From contig OX597818.1 in NCBI GenBank assembly GCA_951406725.2, positions 107,694,001-107,758,000 of the forward strand: a DNA stretch of 64,000 bases, given 5' to 3'. Positions 53,601 to 64,000 of the stretch are shown one piece after another. Every line of letters begins with the position of its first letter. Within the stretch, counting starts at the first letter, position 1. Made by a program: the position numbers and the translations under genes. The notes under the pieces are model-generated. The model searched no databases and was not told the DNA's origin. It saw only the letters and a program-made list of their open reading frames with translations. Source of the stretch: Octopus vulgaris (taxonomy: Eukaryota).

Positions 53601-53803
53601 GAGCCAAACACTTCATTTCACATTGCTCCAGTCCACTCAGCTGTAAATGGGTCTACCCTGCCATGGAATAACCTTCCGATTGGAGGAACGTTGGCCTTCT
53701 TGCCTAACCAGCAGGGTGGCCTCAATCAAATGCTAAACCAATGCAAAGCTCATGGGGACCAGTGTTGTATAACAACATTTGGTAGTCTGGTCAATAGCAT
53801 GAT
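53598..53803 (+). mobile_element. CORE-like SINE family D with an RTE-type tail
   Basis: CACTTCATTTCACATTGCTCCAGTCCACTCAGCTG core; tail matches the LINE end at 28950-28989. Confidence 0.65.
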
Positions 53804-54282
53804 GTATGTATGTATGTATTTTTGTATAAGTGTGTGTGTGTGTATACATGTACATATGTATGTGTGTATGTGTGTGTATGTGTATGCCCCTGTGCATGTC
53901 TGAATGCTTCTTTACATTTGAACTGTAAGAAAAATATTCATTGAGAGTATTTATCTTACACACACACACACACACATACACACATTCAAACAGTCATATA
54001 TGAATGACTTCCAGCTCTGCTCCCTAAAGCGAGCCCTCGACAATTATCCCATATACTATCCATCCAAACCACAAACTGTTGTTGTTGACATTTAACCCTA
54101 GGATCCCTGATTGAGCAGACATAATCAAACACATTCCAGCTGTGGCCCTCCCATCTTTATCAGACATGTTTTATCTTAGACTATATTTTCCAATATGTCC
54201 TTTCTTTTCCTTTTAAGATGGTAAAGTGGATTTATTAAGACATTTGGCTGCTAGTTTTAGCAAGGCAAGTAACCTCATAGAG

Positions 54283-54999
54283 AAATGGTTCTCAACCATT
54301 CTATTTTTGCCTTCAGAAACCCTTTGATTCCTTTGTTTTTCACTACTGGGCCCTCATATTCAGTCACTGTTTATAGAAATCCTCTTATATTTGTATAATT
54401 AAATGTTATTCAGAATTCTTTTATATGCTTCAGCCTTGAGGCTGTGGCCAGGCTGGAGCACCGCCAAGGATTGTATGTAATAAAAGTTTGTTAAAATATT
54501 TTGTGTAATGCAGAATCATAACTGATTTCATCATCATCATCATCATCATCGTTTAGCGTCCGTTTTCCATGCTAGCATGGGTTGGACGGTTCTACTGGGG
54601 GTCTGTGAAGCCAGAAGGCTTCATCAGGCCCAGTCAAATCTGGCAGTGTTTCTACGGCTGGATGCCCTTCCTAACGCCAACCACTCCGTGAGTGTAGTGG
54701 GTGCTTTTTACGTGCCACCCACACAGGTGCCAGACAGAGCTGGCAAACGGCCACGAACGGATGGTGCATTTTACGTGCCATCGGCACGAGGGCCAGGCGA
54801 GGCTGGCAATGGACACGAATGGATGAGGCTTTTTATGTGCCATCGGCACGAGGCCAGTCGGGGCGGCGCTGGCAACGGTCGCGAAACGGAAGGTTCTCTT
54901 ACATGCCACCGGCACTGGTTTTATCGCAGATAAATTTTAACAGTAAAATCTTAGACAGACCCCGCTCAACGGTCATACGGACCGAGTTGAGAACTACTG
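54283..54999. mobile_element. hAT (Charlie-like) MITE with a nested RTE fragment
   Basis: TIRs AAATGGTTCTCAAC / GTTGAGAACTACTG; degenerate 8-bp TSD TCATAGAG / CCATTGAG. Confidence 0.6.
54528..54917 (-). mobile_element. RTE 3' UTR with tandem units, young copy
   Basis: Reverse complement of the 5139-5500-type tail. Confidence 0.88.
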
Positions 55000-55654
55000 C
55001 CATTGAGAGACACTCTTATTGGCTCAGTCTAACCACTGTTCAAATCAGCTTGTTATAGCCTGGCTGATATACAAATGTTTTCAAGCCAAAGGTAACACAT
55101 TTTGCTTCTGCTTCTACCTCAAGGGTGTTGCACAATTGAACACAGCTTCATAATATTCAAATAAATTCTGCTATATATGTGCATACGTGTGTGTGTGTGT
55201 GTGTGTGTGTGTGCTTTTGTGTTATAATGTTATCATAATATTTTGCTTTTTTATTGCCTACATACTAAGATATATATATATATTACCATGAGTATGCTTC
55301 ATTGCATTATGTTTTTATAATGTATTATTGCTATTATCATTGTCAAAAATCATTATCATCATCATCATCATCATCATCATCATTATTATTATTGCTATTA
55401 TTATTATCACTGCTGTTGTTGTTGTTGTACATGCTTCATCATACATTATTAAAGGTACTATTGTTGTTTTGTATAGTCATTGTGTTAACAATTGTATCTG
55501 CTATGTTTATTGTATTAATATTGGACATGAATCAATATCACAGCAGGGCCATAAAGAAATCTTCAATAACAATTCATACACACATACATACATACATATG
55601 TATATACGTATATATATATGTATATATATGTGTGTGTGTGTGTGTGTATGTGTG

Positions 55655-55698
<44 letters not shown>

Positions 55699-55777
55699 AA
55701 GATAGATACATACATACATGCATGCATACATACATACATGCATACATGCACACACACACATATATATGTTATGTGTG

Positions 55778-55845
<68 letters not shown>

Positions 55846-55893
55846 TAGATAGATAGATACATACATACATACACACGTAGATACATTCATACA

Positions 55894-55925
<32 letters not shown>

Positions 55926-56602
55926 CATACATACATACATACACACACTTATACACACACATATACATATATGTATGTCTGTATGTAAACACTTATGTGT
56001 AAATAAAAGGAAAGCAACAGAGTATTCAATGCCAAAGCTAGAGTTATATAATTATTTGGAAGCTGAAAGTTCACAAATGATTTTGGTGGGATTCTTATTA
56101 TTGATATCACAGAATGATAAGGAAAATGGAACAAGAAATTTGGTCAGGCGTAAGATTAGTGAGAAAATGCTTGAATACTATAACGAGGGAAGGTTCAATA
56201 TCATAGAACAAAAGAATCCAACAGGCTCACAATATTAAATGCTGTTTCATAAAGAAGGAACTGCATTTAAAAGGGAGCAGCTGAAAATGATCTTATTCAG
56301 TAGGCACCCCAAGCACAAGCTGCAGCTGCTCTTTTGCACAAGATCTCATCTAATTAATATAAATTTGTGCGTGTGTGTGTGTATACACTTGCAAACTATA
56401 TTTATGTAGTACACACACACACACGTATATATACACATAAGCACACACACACACACACACAGTCTCATAGAAGTGCTGACACAAAACGATCGTAGTGGTT
56501 ATTTTAATTAATTTTAATTAAATTTAATTTATATAAATTATTTTATGTATTGGCTTAAGTCTTTCTTTGTTTGATTTGCATAATAGTGGTTTTGTCTCTA
56601 AT

Positions 56603-56650
<48 letters not shown>

Positions 56651-56679
56651 ATATATATATTGTGTGCGTATACTTTGCT

Positions 56680-57460
56680 TTTGTATTTAGTTTGCAAAAT
56701 TCTTAATGTGAATACATGTACCGAAGCAAATTTAGTTGTGTCTAGGGAGAGTCATTCTGTCAATGTTATTAACAGACACACTGGTTCAATTCTACTTCTT
56801 TTTTTGTTAGTGAATTGGCTGAGTATCAATCCAACTAACTAATCAATTGCTTATATATGAGTGAGTAGACAAGCAAAAATAGGTGGTACTCAGCACATTT
56901 GTTGGGATTTACTTCATATCATTGGCTGACATGCCTGTGTAGTGTCTTGGAATAATCGCAGATGCTGCGAGGGTGGTTCTAAAGACTACAGCTTTGAGAA
57001 GCAGGATCCACCAGGTGGGCAGTTGATAGTGTTTTGGCCATTACAGGTTGCAGTGTGTATTGGTGGCTATATAGATGTGTGTTTGTATCTATTGTAGTGT
57101 GGAACGTAAGAATCAATATTGTTTAAGCAGAAGTGACTGACCATGACGTTGTGTGGGTTGAAAAGTCTACAATATTTATGTATTCTAGCGAAATGTCTTT
57201 TAATTTGCGTCAGGAAGTTTCTTGTTATGTTATTTGAAACTTCAAAGTTACATGGAACATTGAACTAGATTATCTGCTTTTTCTGACTCCTTGTATTCAG
57301 GTCTGAGTTTGGAATTGGAGTATCCTTCATGCATACTAACTTCTCAGTGAATATATTCCTTGTTAATGCCTCTTTAAAATAGTGGGTGACACTGTTCAAA
57401 ACACTGTCTCTACTGATAGTTTAGAGAGTTGTCAACTTATGCTTGTAGCTGTTTTTAATT
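56680..57460 (-). mobile_element. Degenerate PLE (thumb and GIY-YIG)
   Basis: QII*FNVPCNFEVSNNITRNFLTQIKRHF..HKYCRLFNPHNVMVSHFCLNNI, then CNGQNTINCPPGGSC. Confidence 0.8.
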
Positions 57461-57828
57461 AAAACTGGAGAAGAATGAACTATCATTGTTTCTATCCAGA
57501 CGTACACCCCTTTAACGAACTTTAAGCCACTGGCAGCCAACAATCCAAATATACCACGTTAGGCTTGGCTGCTCAGCCCCTGCCAGCCATATAGACTATA
57601 GTTCCATTCATGCTGTCAATCCAACCTAGTGCTACCAAATCTGGCGACTCCCATGGAAAGGTTGTTGCCAATTTGGAGTTAGTTCTCCCCTAACTTGCAA
57701 CAACACCCCGTTCTGCCATGTGTAGCATCTAATGCAGCAAACCCTTTAGATGCCTGACAAGTTAGGTCCATTCTGTGAGCCTATGAAAGATTAAATTGCA
57801 TAGAGCTGTGTCAAACTGTTGTTAAATG

Positions 57829-57871
<43 letters not shown>

Positions 57872-59339
57872 CATATCATTGCATGTGTATCAAACAATCT
57901 AACTGTGCAAGTGAAATAAAATTGTTGATAATACCTTCAAAAATGTTTTGAAAATCACATCTGATAAGATATATATATATATGTTCTTCTATTTTTCTGA
58001 ATAGTAACCCGTATGGAGTACCTATTGCTGTTTGACTGAACTGTTAGGTGTGTTGCTCTCAATTAAATATTTGTCGGTGAAACTACAATTGGCTACTTTG
58101 TTCATTTCATCTGTGGATCAGGGAAGCAGAATTGAGAAATGAATGTGTTCAGAAAGATTCATAGAAAATATTTCTTCTATTCCTTGAATATATAAATATG
58201 TTGATAAAAGTAAACCATTCTTTGGTTAATCCAATATAATTTCTAAATAAGCTGTTGCTATCTGTTTGGACTTTAACACAATATATTAGAGATTTTGAAA
58301 TTCAATTACCATTAAGGAGAATATTTGAGCAATACATTATTATTTCATTTATTTATTTATTTATATATTTTATTTTTGAGAGAGAGAGTGTGAGTGACAG
58401 AGAGAGAGAGATTTTGGATACTGAAATGTACTTCTGTTTATGAAATGTTTGCAAGAAGGATAACTTACCTTAAATGAATTTCTGTTAAAATCTTTATTTA
58501 TGACTTTTAAAAGTATTAAAGGAGCAGAAATTTCATAAATTTTTGACAATGTATCTCAATACATTTGGTGCAGGTGTTGTATTCTAATATCAGATATTTC
58601 TTAATTATCTTTTAAGCTTGAGGACATTATAACAAATTGTATATTCTAATTTATAAGTGAAGCCAGTTGTATTCAAAGCTTCATTGTCAAAATGCGAAGT
58701 ACTAATAAATATGGCCTCATCTAAAGACAAATATATACACTTACTAACATTGCTGATTAAATTTTGTTGAATAGTGAGTGGGTGATTAAAGTTCTTATTT
58801 ACATAAATAATCTTTCATTAGGCTTTTACTAAAGGGAACGTTTTACATCTCTTGATTTAAGATTATTACATTAAATTTAATGTTATTACCAGGAAATTAA
58901 TTATGCCAAATACTTTAATGACTCCTTTTCTAAATCTCTTTAGTTCCTGATCCTATGTACTGCTGTTTCATCTTATCATTGCAAGGTACAAAATCTTTTA
59001 TGCAATTGTCAAAACATAGATTCTAATAATTATTTTGGTTGATTATGTGATCCCATGGAAACATCAGACAGTTCATTCTTATCTCTTTTAGATGGGTTAC
59101 TAAAAGACAAAAGGGATTCGGTTGGAAGTGTGCAATGATTCAAATCTCAGATTCACTAATTACAGCAATGCTTTCTTTGTCCTTTGTCTTTTGTCTTCTA
59201 TCTTTTATTTGTTTCAGTCATTTGACTGTAGCCATGCTGGGGCACCACTTTGAAGAGTTTTTAGTCAAAAAATTGACCCGAACACCTTTTTTTAAACCAG
59301 GGACTTCTATCGGTCTCATTTAGAATTCTTATAAAGCAT

Positions 59340-61053
59340 ACTTTTACCATTCACTGTTAATCATTTTCTACTTTTATTTCAAAATGTAGGAAATATTTTG
59401 ACTTTTCTATTTCCACAATGTCCAGATGTTCACCCCATGGACAATATCAAAGAAATGAATTCTATATTTGTTGTTTATATACTCTCACATGATTAATTGA
59501 TTAATTTCGGCCCAGTTTTCCTAATGTAGTCTATATTGCATTTGGGCATGTGAGGCAGAAGATGAGATATTTGTTTTGCAGTTCTTGAATCGTTTGCTTG
59601 TTTCTTTTTCAGTTTTTTCACACACCTGACAACAAAGCTGTCTATAGTTTGTTCCTTCTTCTTCTGAGGTAAATTTAGTCGGTGTTAGGAGCCCTTTGAG
59701 GTTTGACAGTTGCCTTTGTCTCTTGATAATTTTAGATTGTGGTTTTTAGGATTATTGGTGACTGTAAATGGAATATTTACGTATGAGTTTTTGTTTTTCC
59801 CCTCACTGTGAGTTTTTCTCTGTAAGATAGAGACTGGAGTTTCTTTTGCTTTGGTTTTGCTATCATTTGGGATGTATTTTGTTTCTGAAGGAACATATTT
59901 GGTTCTACTAGATGCTTGTATGCGTCTGTACCATATCAAATATGATGTTCTTTTTAGTGAGGTGTGGGTAGCAAGACTTAAAATCTAAATATGTGCTCTT
60001 GCAGCAGATAACTGTCTCATTTTCTTTAATCATCAGGATATCCAAAAAAGAAGGTCTCTTTCATTCATTTCCATTTTAAACTGGATCACTTCATGAATTC
60101 TATTTATTAATTTAAGCAATCTTGTAAAGTCCTTTTTACTTCTGTTCCAAAATATGAAACAGCCATCTAGAAATCTTTTACAATTTCCTTTTAAACAGGA
60201 TTGTGGAAATGTTGATGCAAAGTAATTCCAGGCAGAGAATAGATTTTTCTTCTAGGTATCCTATTAAATGTGTCATAAAGGTTGGTGCAATTTTTGTTTC
60301 CATTGCTGTGCCTTGTATTTGTAGGTAATATCAGTTATCAAAGCAGTTGTTTTCAGGTACCAATCATAATATTTCAAGTATAAATTCTTTTAGGAATCTC
60401 CCCTGAATTATTTGTTGATATTTGTCTGTCCAGAATTCTACTGCTTTTAATCCTAATCCATGGGGAATATTTGCATAGAGGCTGGTTGCATCAACACAAA
60501 CCAGGATTGTCCCTATATTTATTCTTTCTATAACATAGTTTAGGAGGTGCCTGACATCTCTGATGAAACTAGGGACCAAAACAGTATCAAAATTATGTCA
60601 AACTGCTTAATCTTTGGGTGCTAAATATTGGCCCTGCAGCAATTGGATGATCATTTTAAATTATATGTTTTGGAGATTTTTATATATCTGGAGGTTCCTT
60701 AAGCCGTTATTGATTTATTTAGTTGAATGGTTTTTGAGAGTCTATAAAATTTGCTTGTTTTGCCTAAAAAATAGTGAGGAACCTAGCTCCTTTTCCTTTA
60801 AGTCATTTTCTAATTTTCAACTTGTTTGTTATTTCACCAATTTTATCCATTGTTTGTTTACCTGCATTGGTTTTTAAATTTTTGTAGAAACGTTGGTCAT
60901 TTAGTCGTTCAAAAACCATTTTCTTGCAATGGGTTTCGTCCAGTATTACTATAGCTTCTTCTTTGTCAGTTTCGATATGATTATAGAAAAGCATTTCTGC
61001 AGACACTCCAATGCATTTTGCACTTCATTCATCATATTTACTTTTCTGTGTTT
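59340..61053 (-). mobile_element. 5'-truncated Penelope-like element: RT and GIY-YIG
   Basis: DKEEAIVILD, LVCVDATSLYANIPHGLGLKAVEFW, YLQIQGTAMETKIAPT, RFLDGCFIFW, FLDILMIK and LIFCLTCP/KCNIDYIRKTG..VRVYKQQI. Confidence 0.9.
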
Positions 61054-61242
61054 CAGTTCTGTTTTTAAGAGATGAGGAATTATGTACATTATTTACATTA
61101 TTTACATTTGATGGATATTTGTCCTCATCTTCTTGTTAACACAATGATTCAGCTGATATACCCTCCAGCTTTCATCAGGTGCCTTGGGGAAATTTCGAAC
61201 CTAGGTTCTAATTCCTAAGGTATTTTTTTAATGTTGTCGTTA

Positions 61243-61281
<39 letters not shown>

Positions 61282-61356
61282 TCAATGCCTGGAATCGAAC
61301 TCGGATTCTTGGGGTTAGTAGCCCGTGCTCTTAAACAGTACGCCATATGCTCGTGG

Positions 61357-61357
<1 letters not shown>
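61054..61357 (-). mobile_element. tRNA-headed hammerhead-containing SINE-like element, second uninterrupted copy
   Basis: Head 61350-61277, (AAT)n, then ggcac-CTGATGA-a-agctg-gagggtatat-cagct-GAAT-ca-TT-gtgtt at 61183-61138 (core GAAA changed to GAAT), then the full tail. Confidence 0.85.
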
Positions 61358-61396
<39 letters not shown>

Positions 61397-61399
61397 CAA

Positions 61400-61945
61400 T
61401 ACTCATAATTCTTCCATTAAATCTGTCCTAAACAGATTCCTTGTATTCTTAGATACCATTAGTTTACTTTTCTGCATCATGTTTTTAAATTTTATTTCTG
61501 GTGAAATTTCACCCAAAAATTGACCTTGTTCTCTTGACACACTGTGAGCTATCCTAGTAGTTTTTTTATACACCGGCTTGCCTATCTTAATCCATTGGTT
61601 TTTCAATTTTCTTCAACTGGCATTTCGTCTGTATAAGCCCGATTTCACCACACTTAAATCATGTTTTATCTTTAAAGGAGCAATCTTTCCTCAAATATCG
61701 GTCACCACTACCATAGCACCGTTTTGAATTTATATATTTTCTTCTATACTCTCTTTTACTCTTTTACTTGTTTCTGTCATTTGACTGCGGCCATGCTGGA
61801 GCACCGCCTTTAGTTGAGCAAATCGACCCCGGGACTTATTCTTTGTAAGCCCAGTACTTATTCCATCGATTTCTTTTGCCGAACCGCTAAGTGACGGGGA
61901 CGTAAACACACCAGCATCGGTTGTCAAGCAATGCTAGGGGGACAA

Positions 61946-61976
<31 letters not shown>

Positions 61977-62865
61977 CATATATACGACAGGCTTCTTTCA
62001 GTTTCCGTCTACCAAATCTACTCACAAGTCATTGGTCGGCCCGGGGCTATAGCAGAAGACACTTGCCCAAGATGCCACGCAGTGGGACTGAACTCAGAAC
62101 CATGTGGTTGGTTAGCAAGCTACTTACCACACAGCCACTCCTGCACCTATATCTGTACTTTCTTTACACATTTGTACGCTATTATTATTGCCTTGTATGT
62201 TTCTTGTATTATCTCGAAGGTTTATTATTTGTTGTCATTCCTCAGCCACTTTCTGCAAGGTTAGTTTCACATCTTGATTCAGCTTTGATTATATTCTTTT
62301 TTCTAATTTCCGCATCTTCCATTGCCACCAGCCCTTTAACGAATATTAGGCACTTGAACATATCTGGCATTAATTCTTCCAGTTTAAGCCTTTCACAAGC
62401 CTTATTAACCATACCAGCATATGTTACAAAGTCGTTAGACTCATTTTTCTTTAAATTTAAACATTCCCACCGAATGTTAAACTGCAAACTTTTCTTGCTA
62501 AAAAATATTAGTAAAAATATTCATCATTTCATCAAAACACAATTCCGTGGGCTTTCTCGGCGAAAGAAAGTTACAAAAACTTTCATGTTTCAGAGGGGCA
62601 AGCTTTCGCAAAAGAAGTCTTACCTTCCTTTCACTAGACCATCCCTTGCATTCTTCTTGGAATATGTCTTCGTATCGTCTGTAATATGCAGCAAAGTAGT
62701 TCCTTCATTTGGTTTGTAGTGAAATTCGTTGATGGAATTTGCAACACCATCCGCTGAAAATGATTCTGTCGTATTTCTCGACTGCAGTAACAATTCTGTT
62801 AACTTCTGTAGTTGCTGCTGTTGCTGCTCTTGTTGTTTGACAACTGTTTTCAGTAACTCTTCCAT
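61400..62865 (-). pseudogene. gag: Gypsy (Mag-like) gag, frameshifted, with a double zinc knuckle and a SINE insertion
   Basis: FSADGVANSINEFHYKPNEG, FNIRWECLNLKK...DFVTYAGMVN..CERLKL...DMFKCLIFVKGL and CYGSGDRYLRKDCSFKDKT*FKCGEIGL. Confidence 0.85.
61745..62149 (-). mobile_element. SINE family B, young full-length copy inserted in gag
   Basis: Near-identical reverse complement of 41215-41617. Confidence 0.92.
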
Positions 62866-62882
62866 TTCGGTACTATTCAAAA

Positions 62883-62893
62883 CCTCATCGCCA
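62883..62893 (-). promoter_or_regulatory. Primer binding site, tRNA-Ser(GCU)-like
   Basis: TGGCGATGAGG lies 1 nt after the LTR end ...TATAACA; canonical is TGGCGACGAGG, differing by CpG decay. Confidence 0.7.
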
Positions 62894-62894
62894 C

Positions 62895-63202
62895 TGTTAT
62901 ATCGCACGTTCGGATGGCGTGCCTTCACCAATAACGTACCTCTACTCAACTACTAATTTCTCACTTCTGACGACTCGACTCAACAGAACTCAACGTCTAG
63001 TCTACCGATGGCTCTGGATCGCCCTTCACGACACCGACTCGCTATGACATCCACTATTCATACATAGTGGACTAGCCTACTTATCATCTGGAGGCATCCA
63101 CACAACAGCATGTATTGCTACTAAACAATATCAATGACTCTTAAGACATCTGAAGTGTCATTGATATTGTTTAGAGGCAATATCAGTCATGAATATCCGA
63201 CA
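62895..63202 (-). mobile_element. 5' LTR of the Gypsy element (308 bp, TG...CA)
   Basis: Minus strand starts TGTCGGATA and ends TATAACA, followed by the PBS and gag. Confidence 0.75.
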
Positions 63203-63589
63203 GTTTTGTGGCATCAGTGCTAACGTATTGTTTGATGATATAAATGCACACACATACACACATACGCACACATCTTTGGAGCTGTGATCCAAGCCACGTC
63301 CTCCTGAAGCAATTCCTTCTAAATAACAAACTATTATTTTCCAATCTTTGTCTTAGGAGTCACAGTTCAGGAGTTCCTCTGCTACATGTTCTGTACATGT
63401 TTATACCTATTATGAATTTATTATATTTATAATGTTATTATTAATATTCATGTTTATCTTCCTAATGTCTTTCCTTTACTGTAATGAAACACATGTAACA
63501 ACGAATTGAAAATATACCAAATTTTCCAGTTTTTAAAAAATATATATATATATATAGTGTAATATATATAGTAAATATCATATATATGA

Positions 63590-63732
63590 TACTCACGGAG
63601 TGGTTGGCATTAGGAAGGGCATCCAGCTGTAGAAACACTGCCAAATCAGACCAGAGCCTGGTGTAGCCTCCATGGCTTACCAGACACCGGTCGAACCGTC
63701 CAACCCATGCTAGCATGGAAAACGAACGTTAA

Positions 63733-63764
<32 letters not shown>

Positions 63765-63765
63765 A
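63590..63765 (+). mobile_element. RTE 3' UTR fragment with (GAT)n tail
   Basis: Same tail motif as 5139-5500. Confidence 0.88.
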
Positions 63766-63969
63766 TCATGGGTGTGTGTGCATGTATGATTTTGTGTACG
63801 TTATTGTGCTTCCCCATTCCATATTGATAAATTATATACTTATAAAGTATAAAGCTGAGAGATAACACATTAACTAGGATGGGGAACAAGGCTATCACAG
63901 GTAACTTTCTCAGGTGATTTGATAGCTTTATGGTTTGGCTAGAATTAATCTTGTAGTATTGATTGAATG

Positions 63970-64000
<31 letters not shown>

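Noticed and set aside
61931-62719. 262-aa plus-strand ORF
   Set aside because: Antisense read-through of a SINE and the Gypsy gag.

Overview
AT-rich, repeat-saturated eukaryotic non-coding DNA. The repeat repertoire and very long microsatellites point to a cephalopod, probably Octopus; this is an inference from recalled repeat families. No intact host protein-coding gene is supported, and nearly all listed ORFs are microsatellite artefacts or decayed transposon fragments. The window holds several tRNA-derived SINE families and 5'-truncated RTE, CR1, R4/Dong and HERO-like LINE pieces. It also holds at least four Penelope-like element (PLE) remnants, a Gypsy/Mag 5' LTR with PBS and gag, and mariner, hAT and possible Helitron/pogo relics. 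The most interesting signal is a SINE-like element (two copies, about 36.56-37.31 kb and 61.05-61.36 kb) joining a Pol III tRNA-derived head to a minimal PLE-type hammerhead ribozyme. One copy has a PLE-style inverted tail duplication and the other abuts a 5'-truncated PLE, suggesting a ribozyme-bearing SINE mobilised by PLE machinery. A second, structurally different hammerhead motif lies in a duplicated PLE terminal repeat at 22.4-23.3 kb. All translations, alignments and folds were done by eye, and repeat boundaries are approximate.
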